Shown here piece after piece: positions 7,376 to 15,833 of a stretch of DNA of 47,497 nt. Origin of the DNA: a virus (Duplodnaviria > Caudoviricetes). The notes below the pieces were generated by a model. The model was not told where the DNA came from. It saw only the letters and a program-made list of their open reading frames with translations, and did not search any database. The DNA lies in IMG/VR virus record IMGVR_UViG_3300033519_000251, positions 1 to 47,497 of that record. One strand, given 5' to 3'. The position numbers and the translations under genes are program-made. Position 1 is the stretch's first letter. Each line of letters opens with the position of its first letter.

Positions 7376-7887
7376 AAAGCCCTGTTTACAACGTAAAAGC
7401 CGTACCAATAGAGAAGGTACGGGCGAATAGTTATAACCCAAATGCCGTTGCTCCACCTGAGATGAAATTACTTGAGTTGTCGGTGTGGGAAGATGGCTAT
7501 ACCATGCCAGATGTTTGCTACTACTATCCCGACGAAGATATTTACGAAATTGTAGATGGATTTCACAGGTATTCATTAATGGATCCAGAATCGAAACATT
7601 TTTCAAAAAGGATTTATGATCGGGAAAATGGGCTGCTCCCGGTAGTTGTCATCGAAAAAGACACATCAAACCGGATGGCCAGTACCATCAGGCATAACCG
7701 TGCGCGTGGTAGCCATGATGTTGACTTGATGGTTAATATTGTAAGTGAACTTACAAAGTCGGGCATGAGTGATGCCTGGATAATGAAACATATTGGCATG
7801 GATGCCGACGAACTGCTAAGGCTAAAGCAGATTTCAGGATTAGCTGAGTTATTTAAAGATAAACTATTTAGTACATCATGGGAATAA
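7372..7887 (+). CDS. ibrB: IbrB/YbdM-like ParB-N domain protein
   Basis: ANSYNPNAVAPPEMKLL, IVDGFHRY, RMASTIRHNRARGSH. Confidence 0.9.
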   Translation: MKSPVYNVKAVPIEKVRANSYNPNAVAPPEMKLLELSVWEDGYTMPDVCYYYPDEDIYEIVDGFHRYSLMDPESKHFSKRIYDRENGLLPVVVIEKDTSNRMASTIRHNRARGSHDVDLMVNIVSELTKSGMSDAWIMKHIGMDADELLRLKQISGLAELFKDKLFSTSWE

Positions 7888-8165
7888 ACGAAGAAAAGTA
7901 CAGAGAGGCACGCAAAATGTTGATGGAGTACCTACATAAAACTGCTGTTGAAAAAAAGATTACTCAGGAAGAAATTGCAGAAAAAACAGGATTTTCACGG
8001 GCAAATGTAAGCAGGATGCTTGCCGGGAGATATGCTCCTTCGCTGGATAACTTTATGAAGTTGGCTGAAGCTGTTAATGTTTACTTCTTCATTATTGATA
8101 AGGATGAAGATGATGAACTGGTTAGATTGATGAAAGACAGATGGGGTAAGATTGAACCATCATAG
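7878..8165 (+). CDS. XRE-family HTH regulator
   Basis: ITQEEIAEKTGFSRANVSRMLAGRYAPSLDNFMKLAEAV. Confidence 0.9.
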   Translation: MGINEEKYREARKMLMEYLHKTAVEKKITQEEIAEKTGFSRANVSRMLAGRYAPSLDNFMKLAEAVNVYFFIIDKDEDDELVRLMKDRWGKIEPS

Positions 8166-8186
8166 TATGACTAGCATTTTTTAACG

Positions 8187-8219
8187 AAAAGCCTCCGGAT
8201 TACCGGGGGCTTTTTTTTT
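8187..8219 (+). terminator. Intrinsic terminator
   Basis: AAAAGCCTCCGG-ATTA-CCGGGGGC followed by T9. Confidence 0.85.
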
Positions 8220-8248
8220 AACCCACCCGACACTGAGAGATGTATCAC

Positions 8249-8445
8249 TTAAATTGGCTGGCAAAGGTACAGCCAGTCAAATATCTAAGTAAAGCCCGAC
8301 CGGACAATGTTTTATATTTTTTAGCTGACATTGTCCGGTCGCCCTTTGGGTGGATTCAGAAATTTTTTAACGCTACGCTAAAATTTCTGACCGCCAGGCT
8401 TGACTTAGAATTTGCCTTAGCTGTGATTTATGGCCATCAATTTAA
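8249..8445. promoter_or_regulatory. Long fold-back element copy 4
   Basis: Near-identical to copy 3 but with the inner loop type of copies 1 and 2. CAAAGGTA at 8262-8269. Confidence 0.7.
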
Positions 8446-8467
8446 ATGATTCATTTTTCAAAATTAA

Positions 8468-8510
8468 ACTGGCGTGCCAGATGCTAAAAAAAGTCCGCAG
8501 GGCAGCGGCA
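8468..8510 (+). promoter_or_regulatory. Two-hairpin 5' leader motif copy E
   Basis: ACTGGCGTGCCAGATGCT..GTCCGCAGGGCAGCGGCA, 7 nt before ATG 8518. Confidence 0.7.
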
Positions 8511-8517
8511 AATAATT

Positions 8518-8931
8518 ATGACAACCGGATCAGCAAATGCAACTCCGAAAAATGGTTCAGCATCGAAAGCTGACAGTACTCAATCAAAAGTTGAGAATGT
8601 TCAAAAGCCAACGGCTCCTGCCGAAGTGAAAATTCCTAATCAGGAAAAACCTTCGATTAAGAATTTTACGCTTCACGAAATCGAACAGAAAACCGAGTTC
8701 CTGAACACGCTTTTCACGAAAAGGATGCGGCTTCACGAAGCTAAACTGAAGCTTGAAAAGTTCAGAATCGGTTCAGATGATTCGCTTACGGTTCGCTTTT
8801 CGGACAATGATGGAAACTCCTTCATCACTGCAAACAAGGAGCCTATTGAAAAAATGCTCAGGATGGTGAAGGATGGCATTTCGGTTTCACTCATGGAAGT
8901 TGAAGCGCATATCAAATCAATTTTTGAATAA
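8518..8931 (+). CDS. Hypothetical protein (disordered N-terminus, helical C-terminus)
   Basis: 137-aa ORF between the leader motif and a terminator. Confidence 0.8.
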   Translation: MTTGSANATPKNGSASKADSTQSKVENVQKPTAPAEVKIPNQEKPSIKNFTLHEIEQKTEFLNTLFTKRMRLHEAKLKLEKFRIGSDDSLTVRFSDNDGNSFITANKEPIEKMLRMVKDGISVSLMEVEAHIKSIFE

Positions 8932-8952
8932 GCTGGAACTTCGATGTAAATT

Positions 8953-8984
8953 ACCGGATTCGGGAAACCGGATCCGGTTTTTTT
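8953..8984 (+). terminator. Intrinsic terminator
   Basis: ACCGGATTCGG-GAAA-CCGGATCCGGT followed by a T run. Confidence 0.85.
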
Positions 8985-9045
8985 ATGGGCGTGAGGTATA
9001 TTTTTTAAAAATAACTACTTTTACTGAAATTTAAATTTTAATGTT

Positions 9046-9351
9046 ATGGAAATAGTAGTAAGATTAGAACCCAGACAATTGACTAATGATGATTTTAAAA
9101 ATAATGATGAGCAAGGCTTGGAAAGAAGAGCTGCACGTAATGCCGAATTGGATGCAGAAGATCTTGAAGATTTTAAAGATATTGAAGTTATTGTAAAACA
9201 AATTATTATTGATGCTGCAAAAATTGGTATTCCAGTTCTTAAAGATTACGACATTCATGCCGTTACTGCTGATAATACAGGGCATGAATTTACGGTTTAT
9301 AATATTCATTATGAAAACGATTCGATTGTTTATTCGTTGAGATATTTTTAA
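9046..9351 (+). CDS. Hypothetical acidic protein (AT-rich, moron-like)
   Basis: 101-aa ORF flanked by terminators. Confidence 0.7.
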   Translation: MEIVVRLEPRQLTNDDFKNNDEQGLERRAARNAELDAEDLEDFKDIEVIVKQIIIDAAKIGIPVLKDYDIHAVTADNTGHEFTVYNIHYENDSIVYSLRYF

Positions 9352-9374
9352 TGTTATTACATTTTAACCACTCC

Positions 9375-9408
9375 AAAAAGCCTTTCCATCACCGGGAAGG
9401 CTTTTTTT
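9375..9408 (+). terminator. Intrinsic terminator, possibly bidirectional
   Basis: AAAAAGCCTTTCC...GGGAAGGCTTTTTTT. Confidence 0.8.
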
Positions 9409-9445
9409 ATGCCCTCTGGCGACTGCCTACTGCCTACTCTTTTTT

Positions 9446-9480
9446 GTCCTTTCATCTCCGCTTTTATCCTCTTAATCTTG
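9446..9480 (+). promoter_or_regulatory. Putative late promoter 1
   Basis: GTCCTT-N21-TAATCTTG. Confidence 0.7.
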
Positions 9481-9516
9481 CTTCTCATTTAAGTATTAAC
9501 CAAAATCATAACGAAA

Positions 9517-10383
9517 ATGAAAAAGTACTTTAGCAATTTTAAAATAATGCTGCTGTTCGCAGCATTATTGGCTTTGATGGCAATTACTCCGTCAGTTTTC
9601 CCGGCGTCGGCTTCGCCTCCTGGTGAAAAACCTTTGCCCTGGAATGATGGAAACTTCCCTTCGACGATTTTTTATGTTCATAAAAACGACAATCCCTGGA
9701 TGGTAAACGGGCAAACCGTGTTTTCGATGTTTAAAGTTGATGGGCAGTTTTACGCCAGTGGTGAAAAGGAAATCGGGGATAATCAATGTTTTGCAATGGC
9801 ATTTCACAACACCGGCAGCGATACGCCTTATCAGTTAGCTTTTGATGTATTTCCAACAGGATTGAGTAAAGAACCCATTAAAACAGGACTTGATTTCGAT
9901 GAACCGATTTATTGGGGCGTTTGGAATGGGCAAAATATTAAACAGTTGATTTTAAAAGGTACTTACACATCACGAGCGGGGGAAGCCGCAATATTTGAGT
10001 TAACAGATGTTGTTATGGATGTGTTGGATAATCCGTACTGGTCGTTAGACCCGATTTGGCCTGTTGATACTACTTTAAAGATCAAGCCACCGACCACAAA
10101 ACAGACGTTCCGGCTGTACAACCTTGCGGATAAAGGAAATGACGGCAGGCTGTTTTATCCGAAATATCTTTTAAAACTTCAATGGCAAGTAGTGGAAGGG
10201 ACAACGACCGTTAAAAATTCGTACAATAAATCAAAAGATGTATACTATTTGAACGATGCTGGGTTTCGATTTTCGCAGGCCGACATCAATAAAGGCTACA
10301 TCCTTGTAAAACTGTACGGAACGCCACACCCCAATTCGATGAGCACCGACACTTCAAAAATCTATAAAATTTATTGGAAGTGA
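9517..10383 (+). CDS. Secreted protein of unknown function (Sec signal peptide)
   Basis: MKKYFSNFK-IMLLFAALLALMAI-...PASA followed by a beta-rich mature region. Confidence 0.8.
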   Translation: MKKYFSNFKIMLLFAALLALMAITPSVFPASASPPGEKPLPWNDGNFPSTIFYVHKNDNPWMVNGQTVFSMFKVDGQFYASGEKEIGDNQCFAMAFHNTGSDTPYQLAFDVFPTGLSKEPIKTGLDFDEPIYWGVWNGQNIKQLILKGTYTSRAGEAAIFELTDVVMDVLDNPYWSLDPIWPVDTTLKIKPPTTKQTFRLYNLADKGNDGRLFYPKYLLKLQWQVVEGTTTVKNSYNKSKDVYYLNDAGFRFSQADINKGYILVKLYGTPHPNSMSTDTSKIYKIYWK

Positions 10384-10390
10384 ATCGTAA

Positions 10391-10672
10391 ATGAACGAAT
10401 CAATAAACATTTGGGATGCCATCCGGCAAATGCGTGCGATTAGTGCAAAACAAGGATCGTTTTCGATTACGTTTATGAGCTACTCGCGTGAGCGCCGTAA
10501 GTCGGATGGCATTATCGAAGTTACCAATGCCAGGCTGCGACCGCAAGATTCGCCACCAGGACAATATTCGGATTATATGCTTAACTATGTTGATACCGAC
10601 AGTGGCGAAGCGTTTCATTTTTGGCAAGTTTGCCTGATGTATTTCAACAATCAAAAAGTTACAATAAAATGA
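10391..10672 (+). CDS. Hypothetical phage protein upstream of portal
   Basis: 93 aa; overlaps the portal start. Confidence 0.75.
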   Translation: MNESINIWDAIRQMRAISAKQGSFSITFMSYSRERRKSDGIIEVTNARLRPQDSPPGQYSDYMLNYVDTDSGEAFHFWQVCLMYFNNQKVTIK

Positions 10673-12012
10673 TAGTACGAAACGGGAACGGCGGGATAAT
10701 CGAACTGGCTGATGTGGCCTATTCGTTTCATATTGCCAGCGCCGACAGCATAAATGATTTCGAATTCTTTAACGGCAACCTGCAAAAGCGTTGGGAAAGT
10801 AACCCGCTTTCGGTGGGTCCTTACCGCGTGGTTCCTTTCGGCGAAACCAATAACCTTCCGGTTGTTTTGCGGGATATTATCGAGGATAATAACCTGGCCG
10901 AGGGTATTATGAAACGGCAGCGCGGCCTGATCTGGGGACAGGGCCCCGAGCTTTACCGTACTGAGTTTAAAGAAAACAAGCGTGAAAAGATTTGGGTGAA
11001 TGATCCGGAAGTTTTGGCTTGGCTCAAATCGTGGGATTTTGAAACTTACCTGCAGCATATTATTATTGATTATTTCCATTCGGAGTGTTGTTTTACAAAA
11101 GTTTACAGGAACCGGGGTACCAGGATAGGCGGCCCGGGCATGATCCCTAAGTTGGAATATATTTCGGTGAGCCGCGCCCGCCTGGAATGGCCTGACGACC
11201 GCCTGAACCCAAAACGCGCCATTGTTGGCGATTTTGATGAAGAAATTTACAACTACCTGAGCGCTTACCCGCTTTTTGATGAAAACGACCCGTTTGCTCA
11301 TCCGGTTTCGGTTAAGTTTGACAACATGGCGAGCTTTGCCCGCCGTTTTTATGGCGTACCTGCATACTACGGTGCGCTGAACTGGATAAAAAAGGCTTCG
11401 CAGATTCCGAAAATCTTACAAGCTCTTACAGATAATTCGCTCAACATTAAATGGCACATCGTTTCGCCTGCCAGCTATTGGGAAAACAAGAAAGAAATGC
11501 TGATGGAAAACTGCACGCTAAAGGGTGAGCAGTACAATCCTAAAATGCTGGAAGATTTGAAAGACGAGATTTTTGGCAAACTGGCTAAGGTTTTGGCCGG
11601 GGAAACGAACGTTGGCAAGTTTTTCACTTCAGAGAAGGTGATGAATGAGTTTGGCCAAATGGAAAACTGGGAGATACTCCCGATTGACCAGAAGGTAAAA
11701 GATTTTATTGATTCGCAGATCAGCATCGCCAACAAAGCCGACAGCGCAACTACTTCGGGGCTTGGCTTGCATCCTGCCTTATCGAATATTATGATTGATG
11801 GCAAGCTGGCCTCCGGATCGGAACAGCTTTATGCTTTGAAATTGTACTTAGCCACCGAAATCGACATCCCTGAACTGATTATTACCAAAGCCGTAAATGC
11901 GGCCATTGCCGCAAACTGGCCTGACAAAGGTTTGAAATTGGGTTTTTATCACGACATCGTAAAAACAGAGGATAGTGTAACTTCCTCGGAAAGGGTTAAA
12001 AATGCTGTTTAA
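10669..12012 (+). CDS. Probable portal protein (start MIVRNG)
   Basis: Size (~447 aa), position at the head of the structural block, and motifs PFGETNNLP, FYGVPAY, GLHPAL, ASGSE that I associate with Bacteroidota phage portals. Confidence 0.7.
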   Translation: MIVRNGNGGIIELADVAYSFHIASADSINDFEFFNGNLQKRWESNPLSVGPYRVVPFGETNNLPVVLRDIIEDNNLAEGIMKRQRGLIWGQGPELYRTEFKENKREKIWVNDPEVLAWLKSWDFETYLQHIIIDYFHSECCFTKVYRNRGTRIGGPGMIPKLEYISVSRARLEWPDDRLNPKRAIVGDFDEEIYNYLSAYPLFDENDPFAHPVSVKFDNMASFARRFYGVPAYYGALNWIKKASQIPKILQALTDNSLNIKWHIVSPASYWENKKEMLMENCTLKGEQYNPKMLEDLKDEIFGKLAKVLAGETNVGKFFTSEKVMNEFGQMENWEILPIDQKVKDFIDSQISIANKADSATTSGLGLHPALSNIMIDGKLASGSEQLYALKLYLATEIDIPELIITKAVNAAIAANWPDKGLKLGFYHDIVKTEDSVTSSERVKNAV

Positions 12013-13048
12013 AACTATTGACGAGCTGAAGAAAATAACCGGTTTCGTTTATGCCTACAACGACCTGGAAAATATAACCACCGACATCGAACTGGCCGAA
12101 GAAGATTTGCGCGGCGTTGTTGGCGATGAGATTGTGGATGCTGCCATATTACACTATAACAGTGAAAAATTTGAAGCGCCTAATCCAGATCCGGAAGATC
12201 CGCCTGCAGACCCACCGGTTGACCCGCCAAATTATGAAATCTGGACAAAACTTGTCAACTATATCCAACTTCCGGTGGCTTACTTTGCGATCCATTCTTT
12301 CAGTCAGAATACCGACATTTCGCACGAGGACACAGGCCGCAAAGTGAAGATTGACAGCGAGCGCGAGAAGCTCCCGTGGGAATGGATGCTCGAAAAGGAC
12401 GAAAAAGCGATCATCAAAAAAGCACACCGCACAACCGACCGCCTGATTGCTTTTCTGGATAAAAACATTGCTGTTTTTACCGATTGGGCAGAATCGGAAG
12501 CCAGAAAGGCCATCCGCGGGCAGTTTATTGATTCGGCTGCGATGTTTAACGAGATTTACCCGATTGATAATTCGCGCCGATTCTTTTTGACGATTTGCCC
12601 ATTCATCCGTGAAGCTGAACGCAAATACATCATGCCGGCTATTAGCGAAGATGTTTTTAACGACATAAAAACAGGATTGGCTATTATCCCCGATCCAGAT
12701 GCAGACCCACCCGTTACCGAATGGGTAGATGCTGATGGAATGTTGCCATTGATCCGGGTACCACTGGCTTTGTTTGCAATGAGTATTGCTGTTACCAGGC
12801 TTTCGCTGGAAGTACTTCCGGAAGGAGTTTTCCAAAACCTTGTTTCGGAAAGGTTAACGCAAAATGCAAAAACAGCATCAACTTCGGCAGACAGGTTTGA
12901 AATCTCTAAAAGCCTTGCAATTCGTGCAAATGAAGAGCTTAGGTTTTTGCAGGAAAAAATCAGGAAGATCACTCTGAATGAAACTGACTTTGTTGAAGCA
13001 GATTTGACACAGGGGTTGAATGAGGATAATATGTTTGCGCGAGTATAG
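12002..13048 (+). CDS. Phage structural protein after portal (possible head-tail adaptor) with Pro/Asp-rich inserts
   Basis: Position; helical; inserts APNPDPEDPPADPPVDPP and IPDPDADPP. Confidence 0.55.
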   Translation: MLFKTIDELKKITGFVYAYNDLENITTDIELAEEDLRGVVGDEIVDAAILHYNSEKFEAPNPDPEDPPADPPVDPPNYEIWTKLVNYIQLPVAYFAIHSFSQNTDISHEDTGRKVKIDSEREKLPWEWMLEKDEKAIIKKAHRTTDRLIAFLDKNIAVFTDWAESEARKAIRGQFIDSAAMFNEIYPIDNSRRFFLTICPFIREAERKYIMPAISEDVFNDIKTGLAIIPDPDADPPVTEWVDADGMLPLIRVPLALFAMSIAVTRLSLEVLPEGVFQNLVSERLTQNAKTASTSADRFEISKSLAIRANEELRFLQEKIRKITLNETDFVEADLTQGLNEDNMFARV

Positions 13049-13141
13049 CCTCCCCCCAACCCCCTCCAAATTGGAGGGGGAGGAAGACACGATGTTCCTG
13101 GGAACATCGGTTCTTAGCCCCCCGCATCGGGGGGTTGGGGG
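13049..13141. repeat. GC-rich REP-like multi-hairpin intergenic element
   Basis: CCCCCAACCCCC...GGGGGTTGGGGG outer arms; inner CCCCCTCCAA/TTGGAGGGGG and CGATGTTCC/GGAACATCG. Confidence 0.7.
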
Positions 13142-13162
13142 TAAAATAAAAGGAGTAATAAA

Positions 13163-14041
13163 ATGACAATGATTGAGATACCAACAATAAATTTTGAAAA
13201 GGAAATCCCGGCAAGTTTCGATGAGATGAGCAGCGAGGAGTTTATCCGGTTTGCACATCTTTACCTTGAATTGCAAAAAGGTGCCATAACCCTTAACCAT
13301 CTGAAAACTGAAATGGTATTCCAGTTCCTTGGACTGAAATACAGCAAATGGCGCTTCGAGCTGATGATGGAGGAAGATAAAGCAAAGATTTATGAAAACA
13401 TTTTCCTGATAAGCGAGAAAATTGATTTCCTGTTTAACCAAGAAGTAACCGAAGATGGAAAAATTAACTTAAAAGTTAATTTTCCGTTCACAAAGAACCT
13501 GATACCGAAATATGCAGGGTTTGTTGGTCCAGATGACCTGATGAATGATGTTACTTTTCTGGAATACAAAAATGCTCACGTGGCTGCCATGGAGTTTATA
13601 AAATCGCAGGATGAAACCGACCTAAACTGGCTCGTGGCTACGTTATACCGGAGGCCACTGATAAAATGGTTGAAAAAACCCACGTATGACGAGTTTAAAA
13701 CAAAGAAAATTGCTGAAAAAGTAAGCTGCTGGCCGTTTTCGGTGAAATATGCGATACTACTTAATTTTTTAGCCTGGGAAGAATATATCCGAACCGGCAC
13801 CTTTACGATTGATGGCAACGAAATTAGTTTTTCGATACTGTTTAAATCATCTGGCGGCGATGAAGCCAACGATGGAGGAACCGGACTGACCGGATTATTG
13901 TTTACAATTGCTGAAACCGGAGTTTTCGGTAACGTGAAATCAACTTCGGAACAAAACCTTTACGATATTCTTTTCCGTTTGTACCAGGTACAATACGAAA
14001 AATTGGAAATGGAAAAACGAATGAACGCGAAAAAGAAATGA
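13163..14041 (+). CDS. Phage morphogenesis protein of unknown function
   Basis: 292 aa within the structural operon. Confidence 0.6.
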   Translation: MTMIEIPTINFEKEIPASFDEMSSEEFIRFAHLYLELQKGAITLNHLKTEMVFQFLGLKYSKWRFELMMEEDKAKIYENIFLISEKIDFLFNQEVTEDGKINLKVNFPFTKNLIPKYAGFVGPDDLMNDVTFLEYKNAHVAAMEFIKSQDETDLNWLVATLYRRPLIKWLKKPTYDEFKTKKIAEKVSCWPFSVKYAILLNFLAWEEYIRTGTFTIDGNEISFSILFKSSGGDEANDGGTGLTGLLFTIAETGVFGNVKSTSEQNLYDILFRLYQVQYEKLEMEKRMNAKKK

Positions 14042-14484
14042 TAACGATAGCACAACTCGCAGCATTTGCTGCCCGCCTGAAAGATAACACCGATTTGAAT
14101 CATGTTATCCTGGTAACTACCGAATCGGAGCTTACAAAAAAATTGCAATCCGTAAAAGCCGAGCAGTTCCCGATACTTGTGGTTGTGATCCCGAGTTATG
14201 ACGCTACCGGAAGCCGCGACGGACTGAGCATGATGGCGCAGTTGATTATGTTTGTGCTTAAAAAAGACCGCGCCCAGGGAGCTACCGAAACAAACCAAAT
14301 GGCCGACATGGAAGAAACCCTGGCAATTACAAATAGTATTGCCGGTTTTCTGCTCAATGGCTTTGCAGATTACGAGGATTGTATTTTTTATCAGGGAATA
14401 CAACCCGCTTCGATACATATCGATCCTGAGTACAACTACCTTGGCTGCAGTGGCTGGAGCCTGGGTTTTCAAATTAAAAATTAA
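14038..14484 (+). CDS. Possible tail completion/terminator protein
   Basis: 148 aa; PILVV motif and C-terminal beta strand GWSLGF; position. Confidence 0.5.
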   Translation: MITIAQLAAFAARLKDNTDLNHVILVTTESELTKKLQSVKAEQFPILVVVIPSYDATGSRDGLSMMAQLIMFVLKKDRAQGATETNQMADMEETLAITNSIAGFLLNGFADYEDCIFYQGIQPASIHIDPEYNYLGCSGWSLGFQIKN

Positions 14485-14487
14485 CCT

Positions 14488-14874
14488 GTGAACCGATTAA
14501 ATGAAATGGAAGAGACCTGGAAACTTTTGGCTTCGATTGCCGGATCGGCAATCGTAATTTTACTGGCCGTGCTTGGCTTTGGTGGACGTAAACTGCTCAC
14601 CGACTTTATTGCAGATTTTAAAGAATTGCGTGCAGATGTGAAGGATATTAAGAGCGAGATTTCGGAGCTTCGCACCGAGAACCAGCTTACAAAATCGTAC
14701 ATCCACGAGATCGAAGGCCGGTTTGAGTTGAGCCTGCAGGGGCACGAAAGCCAGTTTAGAGATCATAAAGCGGAATTTAAAGAGTTGAAAGATCGTGTGT
14801 ACAACATCGAAAAGTTTAAAGACTCGGTAAATTTCCATCACTCAAAAAATCATCCTAACGACAATATATCATGA
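14488..14874 (+). CDS. Single-TM plus coiled-coil protein (holin/antiholin-like)
   Basis: LLASIAGSAIVILLAVLGFGG followed by a heptad-rich region; start may be ATG 14506. Confidence 0.55.
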   Translation: MNRLNEMEETWKLLASIAGSAIVILLAVLGFGGRKLLTDFIADFKELRADVKDIKSEISELRTENQLTKSYIHEIEGRFELSLQGHESQFRDHKAEFKELKDRVYNIEKFKDSVNFHHSKNHPNDNIS

Positions 14875-15074
14875 AAGACAAATCAGTAAAAAAGTACCAG
14901 GAAAACTTCTCGGTTGACGTGATGGTTAACGGGGAATGGGACAACATTGTGATTAAGAAAAATGCCGATCAGGATCACATGCGTGTAAAAGTATTCCAGG
15001 GGCGTTACCGCACAAAAGCGGATCACATTGCGCTTTATCATAAAATTATCGAAATATTGGAAACGAATTTTTAA
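14871..15074 (+). CDS. Hypothetical protein
   Basis: 67 aa; ATGA overlap with the previous gene. Confidence 0.65.
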   Translation: MKDKSVKKYQENFSVDVMVNGEWDNIVIKKNADQDHMRVKVFQGRYRTKADHIALYHKIIEILETNF

Positions 15075-15090
15075 CCAAAAACATATAAAA

Positions 15091-15270
15091 ATGAACAGCG
15101 ACAAATTAACAACAGTACTTGGCAGTGTAGCAGTTGTAGCTGCAGGAGTTATTAGCTCAGGGATTACCGTAACCGGATCAGCTTTACATACAGCCTTAAT
15201 TTCGGTTGGGGCCATAGCAGGCGGATTGTTTGCCTGGCTTACAAATAAGCCTAATCCGTTTAAGAAATAG
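15091..15270 (+). CDS. Small two-TM holin-like protein (start MNSDK)
   Basis: Two hydrophobic segments and a basic C-tail NKPNPFKK. Confidence 0.6.
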   Translation: MNSDKLTTVLGSVAVVAAGVISSGITVTGSALHTALISVGAIAGGLFAWLTNKPNPFKK

Positions 15271-15287
15271 TTTTTCATGTAAGGTAG

Positions 15288-15320
15288 AAAGCTCCGGGGT
15301 AATTCCGGGGCTTTTTTTTT
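15288..15320 (+). terminator. Intrinsic terminator
   Basis: AAAGCTCCGGGG-TAA-TTCCGGGGC followed by T9. Confidence 0.8.
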
Positions 15321-15329
15321 CCTCAAAAC

Positions 15330-15364
15330 GTCCTTTTCTCATCCTAAATGAGGGTTTATTTTCG
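15330..15364 (+). promoter_or_regulatory. Putative late promoter 2
   Basis: GTCCTT-N21-TATTTTCG; ATG 4 nt downstream. Confidence 0.7.
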
Positions 15365-15368
15365 CTGC

Positions 15369-15833
15369 ATGGAAGGTAAATATAATGATGTTGAGTTGCT
15401 TTTTATCCGTGAAGTTCTTGATGAATTCGGTGATGACCTGGTTGACAGGCTTACCGAAGAAGTTGAGAAGCGTGAACTTCACAAAAGCGGAGACCTGGTA
15501 AATAGCCTTGCCGCTAAAGTCACCAGTGAAGGCATTAATCCAAAACTCGAAATTTCATTCTTTGGCTATGGCCGCGCCATCGAGATTAAATGGCACAAGC
15601 TCCGCAAAAATCGCAGGTCTTTTAATGAAAGTACCGAGGTTTATTTGTGGGGACACAAGAAAAAACGGCTTAAAAGCAGCAGCAAAAAGGCTAAAGACAC
15701 GCTTTGGTATTCGCGCACAGCTTACGGAAGCATCAACCGGTTATTATCCATCCTATCAACAAACTACTCCGAAAAGGAGCAGGAACGATTAAAAAATATT
15801 CTTAACCGCCAAAAACTAAGGCTTACACCATGA
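15369..15833 (+). CDS. Phage virion morphogenesis protein (possibly HK97 gp10-like), start MEGKY
   Basis: KSGDLVNSL and FFGYGRAIE motifs; directly precedes the tape measure gene. Confidence 0.5.
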   Translation: MEGKYNDVELLFIREVLDEFGDDLVDRLTEEVEKRELHKSGDLVNSLAAKVTSEGINPKLEISFFGYGRAIEIKWHKLRKNRRSFNESTEVYLWGHKKKRLKSSSKKAKDTLWYSRTAYGSINRLLSILSTNYSEKEQERLKNILNRQKLRLTP

